From NCBI RefSeq assembly GCF_009914755.1, contig NC_060928.1: a stretch of DNA of 64,000 bases, one strand, 5' to 3'. Made by a program: the position numbers and the translations under genes. How positions within the stretch are numbered: position 1 is the first letter of the stretch; each line of letters begins with the position of its first letter. This DNA is from the human T2T-CHM13v2.0 reference genome, Homo sapiens. Below the pieces are notes generated by a model. That model saw nothing but the letters and a program-made list of their open reading frames with translations, had not been told where the DNA came from and searched no databases. Positions 35,086-52,319 of the stretch are shown one piece after another.

Positions 35086-35919
35086 TGGGCAGTATTTTTA
35101 CAGAATTTCTACTCTCCAGGTGTTTATTCCTGATATATAGAAATCTGATTGATGTTTGTACATTGACCTTGTGTTTTGCAACCTTACTGAAGTCACTTAT
35201 TTTGTTCTAGCAGCTTTTATTGCAAGTTCTCTGGGATTTTGCACAAAGACAATTATGCTGCCTACACATTGTGACGTGTTTCTTTCTTTCCAATCTGCAT
35301 GCCTTCTGTTTCTTTTTATTCGCTTATTGTGCTAGCTAGGACCTCCAATGTCATGTTAATTTGGAGCGGCTTGATTAGCGTCCTTCTGTTGTTATATATC
35401 TTATGTACTGACTTCCCCCGTTCCTCGCCAGGGTTAGCACCACAGGGAGGGATGTGGAGGTAGGGCTGTTTCTTTTTAGGATTCTTGGCTCTTTCTCCAA
35501 TGCCAGTAACAACGCTCTAGTAAGCAGTCAATAAATATCTGATCTTTATTATGCTGTTTAGTTTGTTTTCTTTCTCTTGAGGGAGTTTTAGTTCTTGTCT
35601 TGGAATTTGGGCCTGTGAACACATATTTGCAAGGTCATACCACGTCCTAAAGACCAGACCCCGCTTGGTGGGTTTAGGAAAGAGAGGGAGGGTGAGGCCC
35701 AGTGTGGAGAGCCCAGGCCCCTGGAACTCTGGTGGACCACTGCCATCTGCTGCCACTGCTTCCAGCACATCACGGCCCTTGGGAAGAAGTGGTGCTGGAG
35801 GAGGCCCCGCCTCAGGGGAAATGCACCAGTCTGGGGACTTGGAGGAAGAGGATGGAAGGGGAAGGTCTAAGAGCAGGTGGCCATTCTCGCTGATTTTTGC
35901 CCCAGCTAGGATTTCCTAA

Positions 35920-37103
<1,184 letters not shown>

Positions 37104-37756
37104 TTAAATAACATTTTTAATTGCAGGAAATTCCAAATCGATGTGCAGAGAATATTGTCATGCCCCCATGTCCCCTTCCTCCCAGTTAAACACTATTTGC
37201 TCGTGGCCAACACTGCTAGGCTCCTGATCGATGCCGAAAGCCACCTCGGGGCATCACACCGGTGGTGAATTTGCACCGCGTCAGTTTAGCAAAGCCGCTA
37301 TTGCACTTCCTAGAATTTCTTCTGCGGCACAGTTCCAGGGAGCCTGGCCCACAGGGGAGCTGCGTGAGATCCGGAAGGCCGCAGAGCGCTGGGCCAGGTT
37401 GATTTGATGCGTGGGGGGTCCGTGCGGGGCATGAGGCTGCCGCTTCCAGACATGCTGTTGCTTCTCTTCCGTCACAGGCAGAGCGGGCCTTGCCGCTCCC
37501 CGTGCTCCGTGAGATCCTCCTTCGGCTTCTCTGGTTTCTGGCCCAGGCCAGGGTCTAGCTCCATGTGAAAAGTCACCTTCTCCTGCAGGCACCTGCGCAT
37601 TGAGGGTGAAGGCTTGAACGTGGCGAAGAGATGAACCCGGCTCACAGCTTGTCCTTGTGTGGGCTCTGGCCCATTCTCCCAAGTTCCAGTGTCGCCCCTG
37701 TTCACCCGCTGTACATCATGTTCCCTGCCCAGCTACCCGCCTGAACACTCAGTCTC

Positions 37757-38179
37757 CAGCAGCAGCAGCAGCAGCCCCACCAGCACCAGCAGCAGCAGCA
37801 GCAGCAGCCCCACCAGCAGCAGCAGCAGCAGCAGCCCCACCAGCACCAGCACCAGCAGCAGCAGCAGCCCCACCAGCAGCAGCAGCAGCAGCAGCAGCCC
37901 CACCAGCACCAGCACCAGCAGCAGCAGCAGCCCCACCAGCAGCAGCACCAGCACCAGCAGCAGCAGCAGCCCCACCAGCAGCAGCAGCAGCAGCAGCAGC
38001 CCCACCAGCACCAGCACCAGCAGCAGCAGCAGCCCCACCAGCAGCAGCAGCAGCAGCAGCAGCCCCACCAGCACCAGCACCAGCAGCAGCAGCAGCCCCA
38101 CCAGCAGCAGCACCAGCACCAGCAGCAGCAGCAGCCCCACCAGCACCAGCACCAGCAGCAGCAGCAGCCCCACCAGCAC

Positions 38180-38210
<31 letters not shown>

Positions 38211-38227
38211 CCCACCAGCAGCAGCAG
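37757..38227. repeat. Interrupted CAG/CTG triplet repeat, 157 triplets (CAG, CAC, CCC)
   Basis: CAG runs of up to 8, broken by 14 CCCCAC and by CAGCAC units, all in one triplet phase. Confidence 0.98.
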
Positions 38228-38716
38228 CCTGGCATAAATGGTGTGACCAGCTCCCCTAGGACCCTTACTGTTTACCTCTCCTAGGGGTTCTGCTTCTCTC
38301 ATTGAACGCTTACTGGAAAAATATCATTTCATCTATAAATATCAGTATGGATCTCCAAAAAATACAAACTCATTTAAGTAACGAAACCTGCATGTCCTTT
38401 TCTAAAACACACACAAAATTAAAAATGATTTCTCTCGAGTCTCTTTCACCCTCCCAAACACACTTTGAGAATCTATTTTCCCAGAACTGATCTTTGGGGG
38501 AGAAACTCATGTAACTCCCATCTTCCTGGCCCACTAAAATATACCATCTGATGAAATTCTATTAGCATATTATTGTTTTAAATACTGGTATCTCCGATAG
38601 AGGGCAGATATCTTGTAAAAAGATAGGCTATTATAAATTATTTGTGAAAAGCATTGACTTGTCTAGAATATCTTTTGATTGTTTTATGGTCACTTTAAAG
38701 TCACTTTTAAATGTAT

Positions 38717-39361
<645 letters not shown>

Positions 39362-40828
39362 TAAATGTACTTATTTCTTAATGATATTAGAAAGTTTGTA
39401 TATTAATGTGTTGGCACAGAGTATGCACCTATGCTAGTATAGGGACAATTATTGTGATGGATATAATTTAAAAAGCCCTGTTATTATTAGGGAATCTAAT
39501 ATATTGGTATTGGTGAAATTTCTTGATAAAATTTCCTGGATTTTACTCCATCATCCATTAATATTTGACTGAATTTATGAGCCACTAGAAAAGTAAGTAG
39601 ATTATATCTGAACCTGTTGACGTAATGATTGTGAATCTGTTTAGCATTGGAAGTGACTTTTGAGCAAATCAGATTGTAATTACTAACTTGGTAATCAATT
39701 GATCATTGTTCAGGGAGATTAGTGTAAGATGTCCTTCCATAATCAGAAACTGAAGTAGTCAGTTTCCCAGCATTTATTTTTATCAATACTAGTAGCACCA
39801 AATGATGCTTTATAGCAAAAGCAAGTAAAGAAAAGAGAAAATATATCCTTTTTGGAATTTGAAGAGAGTTTTAAAGTTAGAGCCCAAGGTTGAAATAGCC
39901 ATCACAAAGGAACCGAGGATGAAATTAAGGAGTAGGTCAGGGATGACATTAAGGTTTTGATAATAACTGAAAATTAGAATCCTTGCCCTGCAAGAAACAT
40001 TCCCACACACAAGCAGGAAGACTGCTACACAAAACCCATTTGTTGTTTTACAAGACACACATCTGCTAACATATTGTATTTGGTTGCCAGTTACCAGGAA
40101 TAGTTTTCTGTTTGTTTTATAACCAAAATGTGATGATTACTCTGAATTAAGGCAGGAAGAAAGCTTGTTGGTTCAGGTTTTATGGCAAAGAAGTTGGTAC
40201 TAATAGTTAAGGCCCAGACTCCTAACGCAAACTGATAATTCTTACCTTGTCTATGTGTGGTGAGGAGATTCTTCCACAGTCTTAGAATTTAGGATAGGAT
40301 TACAACGCCAGTGTGCTGACTATAATGAGCAATCATTTATTTTTCACCAGAAAGGGAAAACAACCTTTCTGAGAAATATTTGCTGGAAGCCTGGAAATTA
40401 AAATCTTATGGGACAAAGTAAGATCATTATTTTCCTCCAATATGCAGACTTGATTATATTTCTAGCCCTATTTAAATGTATGAAAAATCAGTCATGTTAT
40501 TAATGATTATTTCAAGTTGTTCCATTTTTCAGTTAAACTGATTATGTGTAATAATTTTAGAAGAGTGGCGTCATTACCGCAGTTAAAATTCATAGACTCT
40601 TCCTGTTTGCCTGAACATTTCTAAGCATATATTTTAAAAAATAAAACTATTCAAATTTTTGCTACAAAGATGTTTTTCTAATTGATTGTCTTGTTTCTGT
40701 ATTGTAAAAGCATTTTGAAAAACATTTTTTAGAGTTTAGGTAAGTTTAGCTATATATTCTATTATTTACTTATTGGCAAGATGTTAAAAAAGTTGATATT
40801 TCAGAATTATTGAAACATAGCTTGTGTT

Positions 40829-41116
<288 letters not shown>

Positions 41117-41708
41117 CATGTGTGTTCTTTAATAAGTGAATAAAGCAAACATAATATGGTTTTTAGAAAGACATATTTGTTTAGTTTGTAAATTAACTTA
41201 CATGAAAGCATTGCTTAAAATGTCCTAATGTCATGTAAAGACTTCAAATCCATTTAGTTATTAAATTCTTCCATAAATATTTAAATTATATTAATGTATA
41301 ATATCCAACACCCAATCCAAGAACATTTATATATAATTGGATACAAGCATTGAAAATGCTTTTGCAATAAAGTAAAAAAAAAGTTTTTGCACATTTTCCA
41401 AGGCTAAGGAAAACTTATATAGAACTGGAGAAGACAATGTTAAGAGGTGCAGGTGAACTAATATAAAACTGAGTTGTAGTTGTCTTACGTTTTCCATCCT
41501 TCCTCACTCAAGGCTACGGGAATTGCAGCCACTTAATTGAGATTTATTTGCAACACACTATTGCAAGGGAAATAAAGAGTTTAGCTGGAGTCACCTTTTA
41601 GTTTCACAGTTTAATCTATTGTTGTTCACATGATATGTCTTCTCCAGCTCATGACGTGTCCTGTTCTTCCAGGTCCTAAAGTAGGATCCCCAGAGAAAAG
41701 CAAAGTCA

Positions 41709-42011
<303 letters not shown>

Positions 42012-43506
42012 GCAAAATCAAAGAAGATAAATACCTATGCCCGTATTTGCACATGGGTTAAATTCCTCCTGGGACAAAGGGAGATCAGTCAGTCTTCAAC
42101 AGTCTGGAGCAGTGTGTTAACATTATAGGGTGGCAGTCATATTTATGCTACAGGTCAAAAGCTAATAGCCACTGTAGAATTCTATCCATTTTAAGGGAAA
42201 ACTTAGTCCCATAATATAATATGATGTAACCTAGCACAAAATAGCATAGAATAACACAACGTATCAATCTATAATCCAAGTAATAGCCAACAAAACTAAA
42301 GAGTTTACAATCTTGTTATATTTTCTTACAAACATAAAATAATTCAACATTTCTAACATTTTCAAATAGCCCCTTCTAGTGAATAGCAGCTGTTTCAAAT
42401 ATTACACTCTTATTGCAAAGTGTAATTTTGTATTACCTAATGTCATAAAATACAGAAACATTTGACTAAGCCTGTCAGCCAATTAAAAAAATATATACAC
42501 CTAGTGTTTTCATTATGTACAATGGAGTTTATAAATAAATATGTAATGAGAATAAAATCTAACTTCACAGTTTGCTGAACTTTTGACCAACTGTTTTTGG
42601 GTAATTTGGATATAGACTATCTCCTCATTATTAATTCATTCAAAATAAAAATTAACTAAAAGGTATAAAAGTTATTTATTCATTTAACTGGTATACATGT
42701 ATGCCCATGACTGCCAAGCGGTCGACTAGGCACTGAGTATTACACAATGGTAAATAAACAGGCAAAATTGTAGTTTCCTCTGTGGAAATCAGTCTAATGT
42801 AGTGCTACCTACTGTAATTAACTAGTAGAGTGTATATGTGTGTTTTGTTTTCCTTGTTTTTATATAGAACAAAAGGAAAAATACATCACCATGATAAAGA
42901 CCAAGTCTTTCTTCTCTCTTTCCCCGTTTCTAGAGGATTCCAGAAAAGTGATGAGTGACTAATTTTGGGAAACATGGCTTCATCGCAGGAAACAGGTGAA
43001 TACATCCCCATCCTGTGTGGGAAGGAAACAGGACAGCCATTGTTGGGTGGCAGAACCTACAAGGGGCATTACCCTGTTGATTTACTCACTACAGGCAAGA
43101 ATCCCAAATGCAGGTGGGAAATTTTACTGGGCACCGATGACTCATAAGAGTCCATTGTAGTTAATAGAAGTAAAGCCAGAAGTCACCTTAGATCATCTAC
43201 TGACCACATGGGAAAAGCTGAAATAAAAATCATAACACTAGAAACGCTTTACTCAACCTCTGCTGATCTGATTTATTGAATCAAAGCTTTCATTTGCTTG
43301 AGATGTGAAACATACTGATCTCAACACACTGACCAGGGTCTACGCAGTGGTGCATACCTGTGGCTCCTGGAACACGTCCTCTCTAAGACTCCCACATCCT
43401 TCTATTCCTGCCTGGTGACAATGCTTAATAAGAATGGTTGTTCCCAAACTGATTTACGTTGGTTATATTTCATAATTACAAAATTTTATTAAATATTATG
43501 TAAGTA

Positions 43507-43817
43507 GGCAGGGCATGGTGGCTCATGCCTGTAATCCCAGCACTTTGGGAGGTCAAGGCGGGTGGATCACTTGAGGTTAGGAGTTCGAGACCAGCCTGGC
43601 CAACATGGTGAAACCCCGTCTCTACTAAAAATACAAAAATTAGCCGGGTGTCGTGGCGCACACCTGTAATCCCAGCTGCTTAATAGGCTGAGGCATGAGA
43701 ATCACTTGAACCCGGGAGGCGGAGGTTGTAGTGACCCGAGATTATGCTACTGCACTCCAGCCTGGGGGACAGAGCGAGACCTTGTCTCAAAAATAAATAA
43801 GTCAATAAATAAATAAA
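43507..43817 (+). mobile_element. Alu SINE
   Basis: Full dimer; aaatattatgtaagta TSD. Confidence 0.95.
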
Positions 43818-44373
43818 TATTATGTAAGTAACAAAATGAGTGTGGAAAAGAAAATTGTTTCTATACCAGCTAAGTAAAATGGATTGGAAATATTTGATGA
43901 AGCAAGTAGGTAAGAAAATCATGAGTGGTGTAGAAGGCACGTGTTACGAAGGAGGGTCAAACCCCAGATGGGTTCTGCATTCAGATCGCTTCTCAAGTGG
44001 CTCCTTTTCAAAGGAAGCTAAACTTGAATTCATAGATCAAGAATTACGGTTTTAGTTTAGGTCAGAAAAATAATACCTATTGCCAGTCAGAATCACATAT
44101 GCAAAAGGCCTCAGCCCTATGGCAAATGTTGGGCAAATGAAAGCAAATTTATTTGTTTTGAGTTAAAATAACATGTTTAGGAAATGTAGGTATATATTTT
44201 AAAAATAATTCATTTAACCACAGATCTTGATAGTTTCAAATAAAACTATTTCTCATATTTACATAAATCATTGAGACAGTCTGAATTATTATAACTTAAA
44301 CAGTAAAAGAAGTAAATAGATTAGAAATGTGTGAACAAATGAATGGGTGTAATGAGTAAATGTTTCTATTCTA

Positions 44374-45118
<745 letters not shown>

Positions 45119-45301
45119 AGAAATAATTATTTTAGCTTTTTAACTCTTTATTGGCAATGTGAAATTTTTAGGATTATTGTCAAAGTTTGGAAAACTTCTA
45201 TTGAGTTGCTTTTGCATAAGCACTGTAAGATTGAGAACATTTTTGCTGTGTTAGTGACAATTCCACACCTCTTACAGTATGAGGTAGGCTAAGATATGTG
45301 A

Positions 45302-45811
<510 letters not shown>

Positions 45812-46113
45812 TGACGCTTAAGTTTGACTAGATTCACAGTTGACCTAGCTGGAAGAACCAATCATTCACAGATAGGTGAGGGAAGGAACTGGGTCCAGAG
45901 GAATAACATCCAAAGAAACTTCATGTTTTCACAGTGAAATATTCGCTCATGCTGTGTGCCAAACTGTCTAGGATTCTGCACTGCTGTTGATGGCCACTGC
46001 TGCACTCCCTTCTACTCTGTGTGCTCAGGTGTCATTGTTTATTGATGTTTTCATCTTTATCATAACCATAAGACTACCTTAAGTTACACAGTGCTTTTGA
46101 TTTTTGAGGAATG

Positions 46114-46149
46114 TACACACACACACACACACATACACACACACACACA
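46114..46149. repeat. (CA)n microsatellite
   Basis: acacacac..atacacac.. run. Confidence 0.9.
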
Positions 46150-47480
46150 TTATCTCATCAGTTTTTGCTTTTTTGTTACATCCCTATCAGGCAAGTGGAG
46201 TAAGTAGGGTTGACTCGCCCAGGGTCACCTGTTTCAACTAGAACATTGTGATACCACATATTCAGGGTTTGCTCCAGGCTGTATCAAGTTCTTTTCTGTA
46301 TCGTATTTATGATATTATGATATTTGAACACGTTCATAAGTCTGCTGGCATTTTAGGTTAGTTAATGTGAACCGCTGCCACAGACGACCTCTAGTCATAG
46401 TAATCACAGTAAATGCTTATTTCTCAGTCCAATATCTTAAAGGCCAATGAAGGTACTTCTGATGCGATGGCTCTCACCCTTCCTGAGGGGCCCAAGCTGC
46501 TTTTGTCTCATGGTGCAGCCACCTGAAATGCAGTCTCCAGTAGAATGAGAAGGCATCCAGGAGAGGGCATGCAGGCATCAACCCCGCGACACAGATGGCT
46601 GCTGTCACACGCTGCGGTAGTGGTCACATGGCTGTGCCTACATGCTGTGAAGTAGGGAAACATATTCCCTGGCTTGGTAACAACTTTCTGTACAGGGAAT
46701 AAGTAAGGAAAAAATGTACTTTATTTCAAAAATCAGTTATTTCAGTCAAGTTTTTAAAAAGACAAGGCCAAAAGAAGAGACAAACTTATAAATAGTTTCT
46801 TCTTGACTACCACACCAAAACCTTACTTTTAAGCTTAAACCATGAAGAAAGATGCTCAGGATATGAAACTAAAAAGACATTCAGAGGGCAGAGTACCTAT
46901 ATATAATTCTTTTATATTTATATTTTCCATATCCATATCTTGTGTGAATGCATTTTTGTTTGGAAACCTGAAATATAATTTATTATAGATTTCTATTCTA
47001 ATGTATATTCTGATTTAACCCCCATATATTTTTAGAAGCATATTATTAAACATTTTGAATTCATTCAAGAGCATTTTTTTGTTTTTTCTTGTGTGTTTGT
47101 TTTGTTTTGTTGCATGTGGTATTTCAGAATACCTTATGGGACATGAATCCCTTTCCAGGGAGCTGCAGTTTAGTGGGCAGATAAACCGCATTCATGAAGT
47201 CAAATGCAGTGGGAAAATGCAAATGCCTGAGAGATGCATGTAGAGTACTTGGGAAGTCTGGGCAGGAGGAAGCGGGAAGGGGGTTGAAAGTTGAAAAACT
47301 TTGGTGATAGCAAGATAGGCTTGTCCGTTCAATTTTTATGTTTTCCTTCATTTAAAGAAAAAGTTAATAATCCAAGTGCATTTTTAACTACCAGAAAATA
47401 GAAAACGATATAAATGTTTTTGACAGAGTAAAAAGCTATTTCTTGGCAAAACAAAGTTAGTATTAGTTTTTCTTTTGTAG

Positions 47481-48890
47481 AAATCATTCTCAGTAACCAA
47501 AACCGTATGGTACTGGTACCAAAACAGAGACATAGACCAATGGAACAGAACAGAGACCTCAGAAATAATACCATACATCTACAGCCATCTGATCTTTGAC
47601 AAACCTGACAAAAACAAGAAATGGGGAAAGGATTCCCTGTTTAATAAATGGTGCTGGGAAAACTGGCTAGCCATATGTAGAAAGCTGAAACTGGATCCGT
47701 TCCTTACACCTTATACAAAAATTAATTCAAGATGGATTAAAGACTTAAATATTAGACCTAAAACCATAAAAACCCTAGAAGAAAACCTAAGCAATACCAT
47801 TCAAGACATAGGCATGGGCAAGGACTTCATGTCTAAAACACCAAAAGCAATGGCAACAAAAGCCAAAATTGACAAATGGGATCTAATTAAACTAAAGAGC
47901 TTCTGCACAGCAAAAGAAACTACCATCAGAGTGAACAGGCAACCTACAGAATGGGAGAAAAGTTTTCCAATCTACCCATCTGACAAAGGGCTAATATCCA
48001 GAATCTATAAAGAACTTAAACTAATTTACAAGAAGAAATGAAACAACCCCATCAAAAAGTGGGCAAAGGATATGAACAGACACTTCTCAAAAGAAGACAT
48101 TTATGCAGCCAACAGACATATGAAAAAATGCTCATCATCAGTCATCAGAGAAATGCAAATCAAAACCGCAATGAGATACCATCTCACACCAGTTAGAATG
48201 GCTATCATTAAAAAGTCAGGAAACAGCAGGTGCTGGAGAGGATGTAGAGAAATGGGAACGCTTTTACACTGTTAGTGGGAGTGTAAATTAGTTCAACCAT
48301 TGTGGAAGACAGTGTGGCAATTCCTCAAGGATCTAGAACTAGAAATATCATTTGACCCAGTGATCCCATTACTGGGTATATACCCAGAGGATTATAAATC
48401 ATGCTACTATAAAGACACATGCACATGTATTGTATTCTAGCACTATTCACAATAGCAAAGACTTGGAACCAACCCAGATGTCCATCAATGATAGACTGGG
48501 TTAAGAAAATGTGGCACATATACACCATGGAATACTATGCAGCCATAAAAAATGATGAGTTCATGTCCTTTGTAGGGACATGGATGAAATTGGAAATCAT
48601 CATTCTCAGTAAACTATCGCAAGAACAAAGAACCAAACACCGCATGTTCTCACTCATAGGTGGGAATTGAACAATGAGAACACTTGGACACAGGAAGGGG
48701 AACATCACACACCGGGGCCTGTTGTGGGGTGGGGGGAGGGGGGAGGGATAGCATTAGGAGATATACGTAATGTAAATGATGAGTTGATGGGTGCAGCACA
48801 CCAAGATGGCACATGCGTACATATGTAACAAACCTGCACGTTGTGCACACGTACCCTAGAACTTAAAGTATAATAATTTTTTTAAAAAAA
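47481..48890 (+). mobile_element. 5'-truncated L1PA (end of ORF2 + 3'UTR)
   Basis: ORF2 C-terminal peptides ([31 protein letters not shown]; [14 protein letters not shown]; ..KHRMFSLIGGN), G-rich 3'UTR, ccctagaacttaaagtataat + A tail; TSD agaaatc(a/t)ttctca. Confidence 0.97.
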
Positions 48891-49073
48891 GAAATCTTTC
48901 TCATTTGCTCACCAAAAAGATTTAGTGGAGATATATGTATCTCCACTATAATATATGCAGCAGATATATTTCTATTTCCTATATACATATAATAGGAAAT
49001 AGAAAAATATGTTGATAAGCACAGAAATTATGTATTATGAAGAGTTTCAAGATAGTTTTTACTAGTTTTATAA

Positions 49074-49420
<347 letters not shown>

Positions 49421-49789
49421 TAAACTCCGTAGAAATATTTCAAACATTTAAAAATTCAAAGTGACGGCAATTAGCCCGGCAGAAACAAATCTGACTGTGC
49501 TTTCCTTGTCCCTTGAAAGTGTCATTGAAGCTCCTGTCTAATGAAGATTGTGGCATCAGTGTTCAGGCTTGTCACCTGCTCCTCGTAAGAACAAATAGGG
49601 ATACTTAGAGGGAAACAGTTTGCTACAGGTAGTGTTCTCCCAGAGAGACAAAACGCGAGGGGCCGAGTTGTATAATCAGGTGTGCTGAAACTCCACGGGG
49701 CACTGCTTAACAAGGTTGCTTTTTGTTTTTGTTTTTCCTCAGTGTGGTTAGCAAATTAATTGACTGGAGAAAAATGCACATTTAGAAAC

Positions 49790-50560
49790 AAGCTAACGTG
49801 CGCGGCATGCAAAGTCGAGCCTTCTGCACCTGCCAGTCTCTCCTCCCCGCTGCTGCCGGGAACTCCCCGCGATCCCAGATCGGCCTGCGCTGCCTTCCTC
49901 CTTCCCTATCCCCGGGACGCCCCGTCACCCTCAGCCTCGCGTGCACGGTGCACTCCCGCCAGGGCCGCTCACGCCCTGGTTTCTGTCCCGGCTCTACTCC
50001 CCTCCCGCTCAGTGATTAAACAGGTGATGGCTGAGCACCTGCCAGGGCGCCGGCGGTGTGCAGGGCCCCGGGCTCCAGGCCTTGCTAAGCGGGCTGGCCC
50101 GCTCCCGGGGCTCGGCGGAATGAGGGGCAGGACTCGGTGGCCCGCACCGCCACTGCCAGCTCCTTGTTTGCAGACACTCCTCTGCGAGTCTGACGATTGT
50201 GCCCTTGCTTAATCCTCGGACCCGTTCTCCGTTCTCCTCCGCAGTAGGAAGCAGGGGTGCCGCCGGCCCCATCTGCCCGTGCCCGACACGGACGAGGCCT
50301 TCACGCAGCCCTGACCCTTTCCATTTCCCAGGGACTTGCTTCTCGTTGGCTCAGCCCCAGGGCCCTGGATTCCTCTGTCCTCGCGCCGGCCCGCGGCCAG
50401 GCCGCTCCCTTTGCTCGCAGTGGGTCTTGTAGCTTGCTGCTCGGCTGTGACGGCCACCTTGCACCTGTCGGTGCTGCAGGGCGCTCTCCCTGGGCCTGGG
50501 ACATCGGTCTCTGCTTCACTTCACCTCACGGGTGGGCCCGGAAGGCTTCGTCTTCCTACG
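49790..50560. promoter_or_regulatory. CpG island (orphan; candidate promoter/enhancer)
   Basis: Non-repetitive, strongly GC- and CpG-rich block in an otherwise CpG-depleted, AT-rich window. Confidence 0.7.
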
Positions 50561-50814
50561 CCTCACCTGAAGCTAGGCTGTGATTTTTTAATGAGCTCTT
50601 CCATACATTTATGGAGTCCCTGCTATAGGCTCAGAATCGCTCTAGGTGTCAGAGATGCAGTGGTGAAAAAGAAACGAGTCTTATCATCCAGCCTGTGTGT
50701 GGACAGAAAAGGTTTAAAGCCAGGCCCTGTTGTGCCTCATTGCTCCAGGAGACATTTTCCTGGCTGAGTCAAAAACAGAAGCTGCCTGGATTGCACCTAT
50801 CATAGGAATAAAAA

Positions 50815-50990
50815 CTAGCATTTATTCTGTATTTACTATGAATCAGACTCTTGTGACTGTTATATGTATTAATTTAATCTTCTAAAAGTCCCACAAGGTG
50901 GATACCCATGCCATCCCATTTTACAGGTGAGAGCACTGAGGTTCAGAGGGGTTTAAGGCCACCCAGGTAGTAGGAAGGGCCAGATTCAGT
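50815..50990 (-). mobile_element. MIR SINE
   Basis: cccattttacaggtgagagcactgaggttcagaggggttt core. Confidence 0.7.
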
Positions 50991-51643
50991 GTTTCCTCTT
51001 AAGCAGTCTTCATAGATCCTTTATGCCTAGTCAAGTGCCTTTGAGGACAAAAGAAGAGAGAAGCAGGGAGCTGTGAAGAATAGAGAGGTGGCCAGAACAA
51101 TTTCCCTTATGCTGGGAAGGGGAGGTAGGCTTGTGAGCAGGGAAGACCCACATGCCACATGCTGGTGGTGCCTGGGAAGTTGACAGGACCCCAGAAAGAG
51201 GGTATGCCCAGGGAGACTGCAGGCTGTCAGCTTCTCAGCACTGGCCAACACTCTCATACATCACGCGTGGCACAGAAATAGAGCCCTCAGATGCAAGGGT
51301 CCTCATGATCTTGAACCATGCAGTTGTCAGTGGTGAACAATGAGGCTTAAGAATAATGGTCCTTTCCCATTTATTTAGGTGGTCACAACTGGGTCCCAGT
51401 ATGATCCTTGGAGGGGGAGAGGGCCCTATAATGTTTGTACTTAAATGTCCTGACATTCCCAGGGATGGAGGCTCAGAATGAGGACTGCGTTCTTTAAAGG
51501 AATAAAGAAATGGCCGTGTCTTGCACCTGCATTTCCTGTTTGATTCATAGCTACAACATGGCAAATGTCAATGAATACAGACCCTGTGTCAAGGGGTGTG
51601 CTATTTCCTTGATGCATTGTGGTGAATAAAAAAGCCTGACTTG

Positions 51644-52260
<617 letters not shown>

Positions 52261-52319
52261 ACACCTGACTTAATAAAGTCCACAGTTGAATGGGCAAAGC
52301 CAATATTAAGTAAATACAA

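Noticed and set aside
37657-38259. Ala/Pro-rich and mucin-like Ser/Thr ORFs as real CDS
   Set aside because: GTG starts, purely repeat-derived, no synonymous codon variation or gene structure.
47814-48670. L1 ORF2 fragments as functional gene
   Set aside because: 5'-truncated copy with stops and frameshifts.
49760-50767. GC-rich ORFs in the CpG island
   Set aside because: Stop-poor because of base composition; no family similarity recognised.
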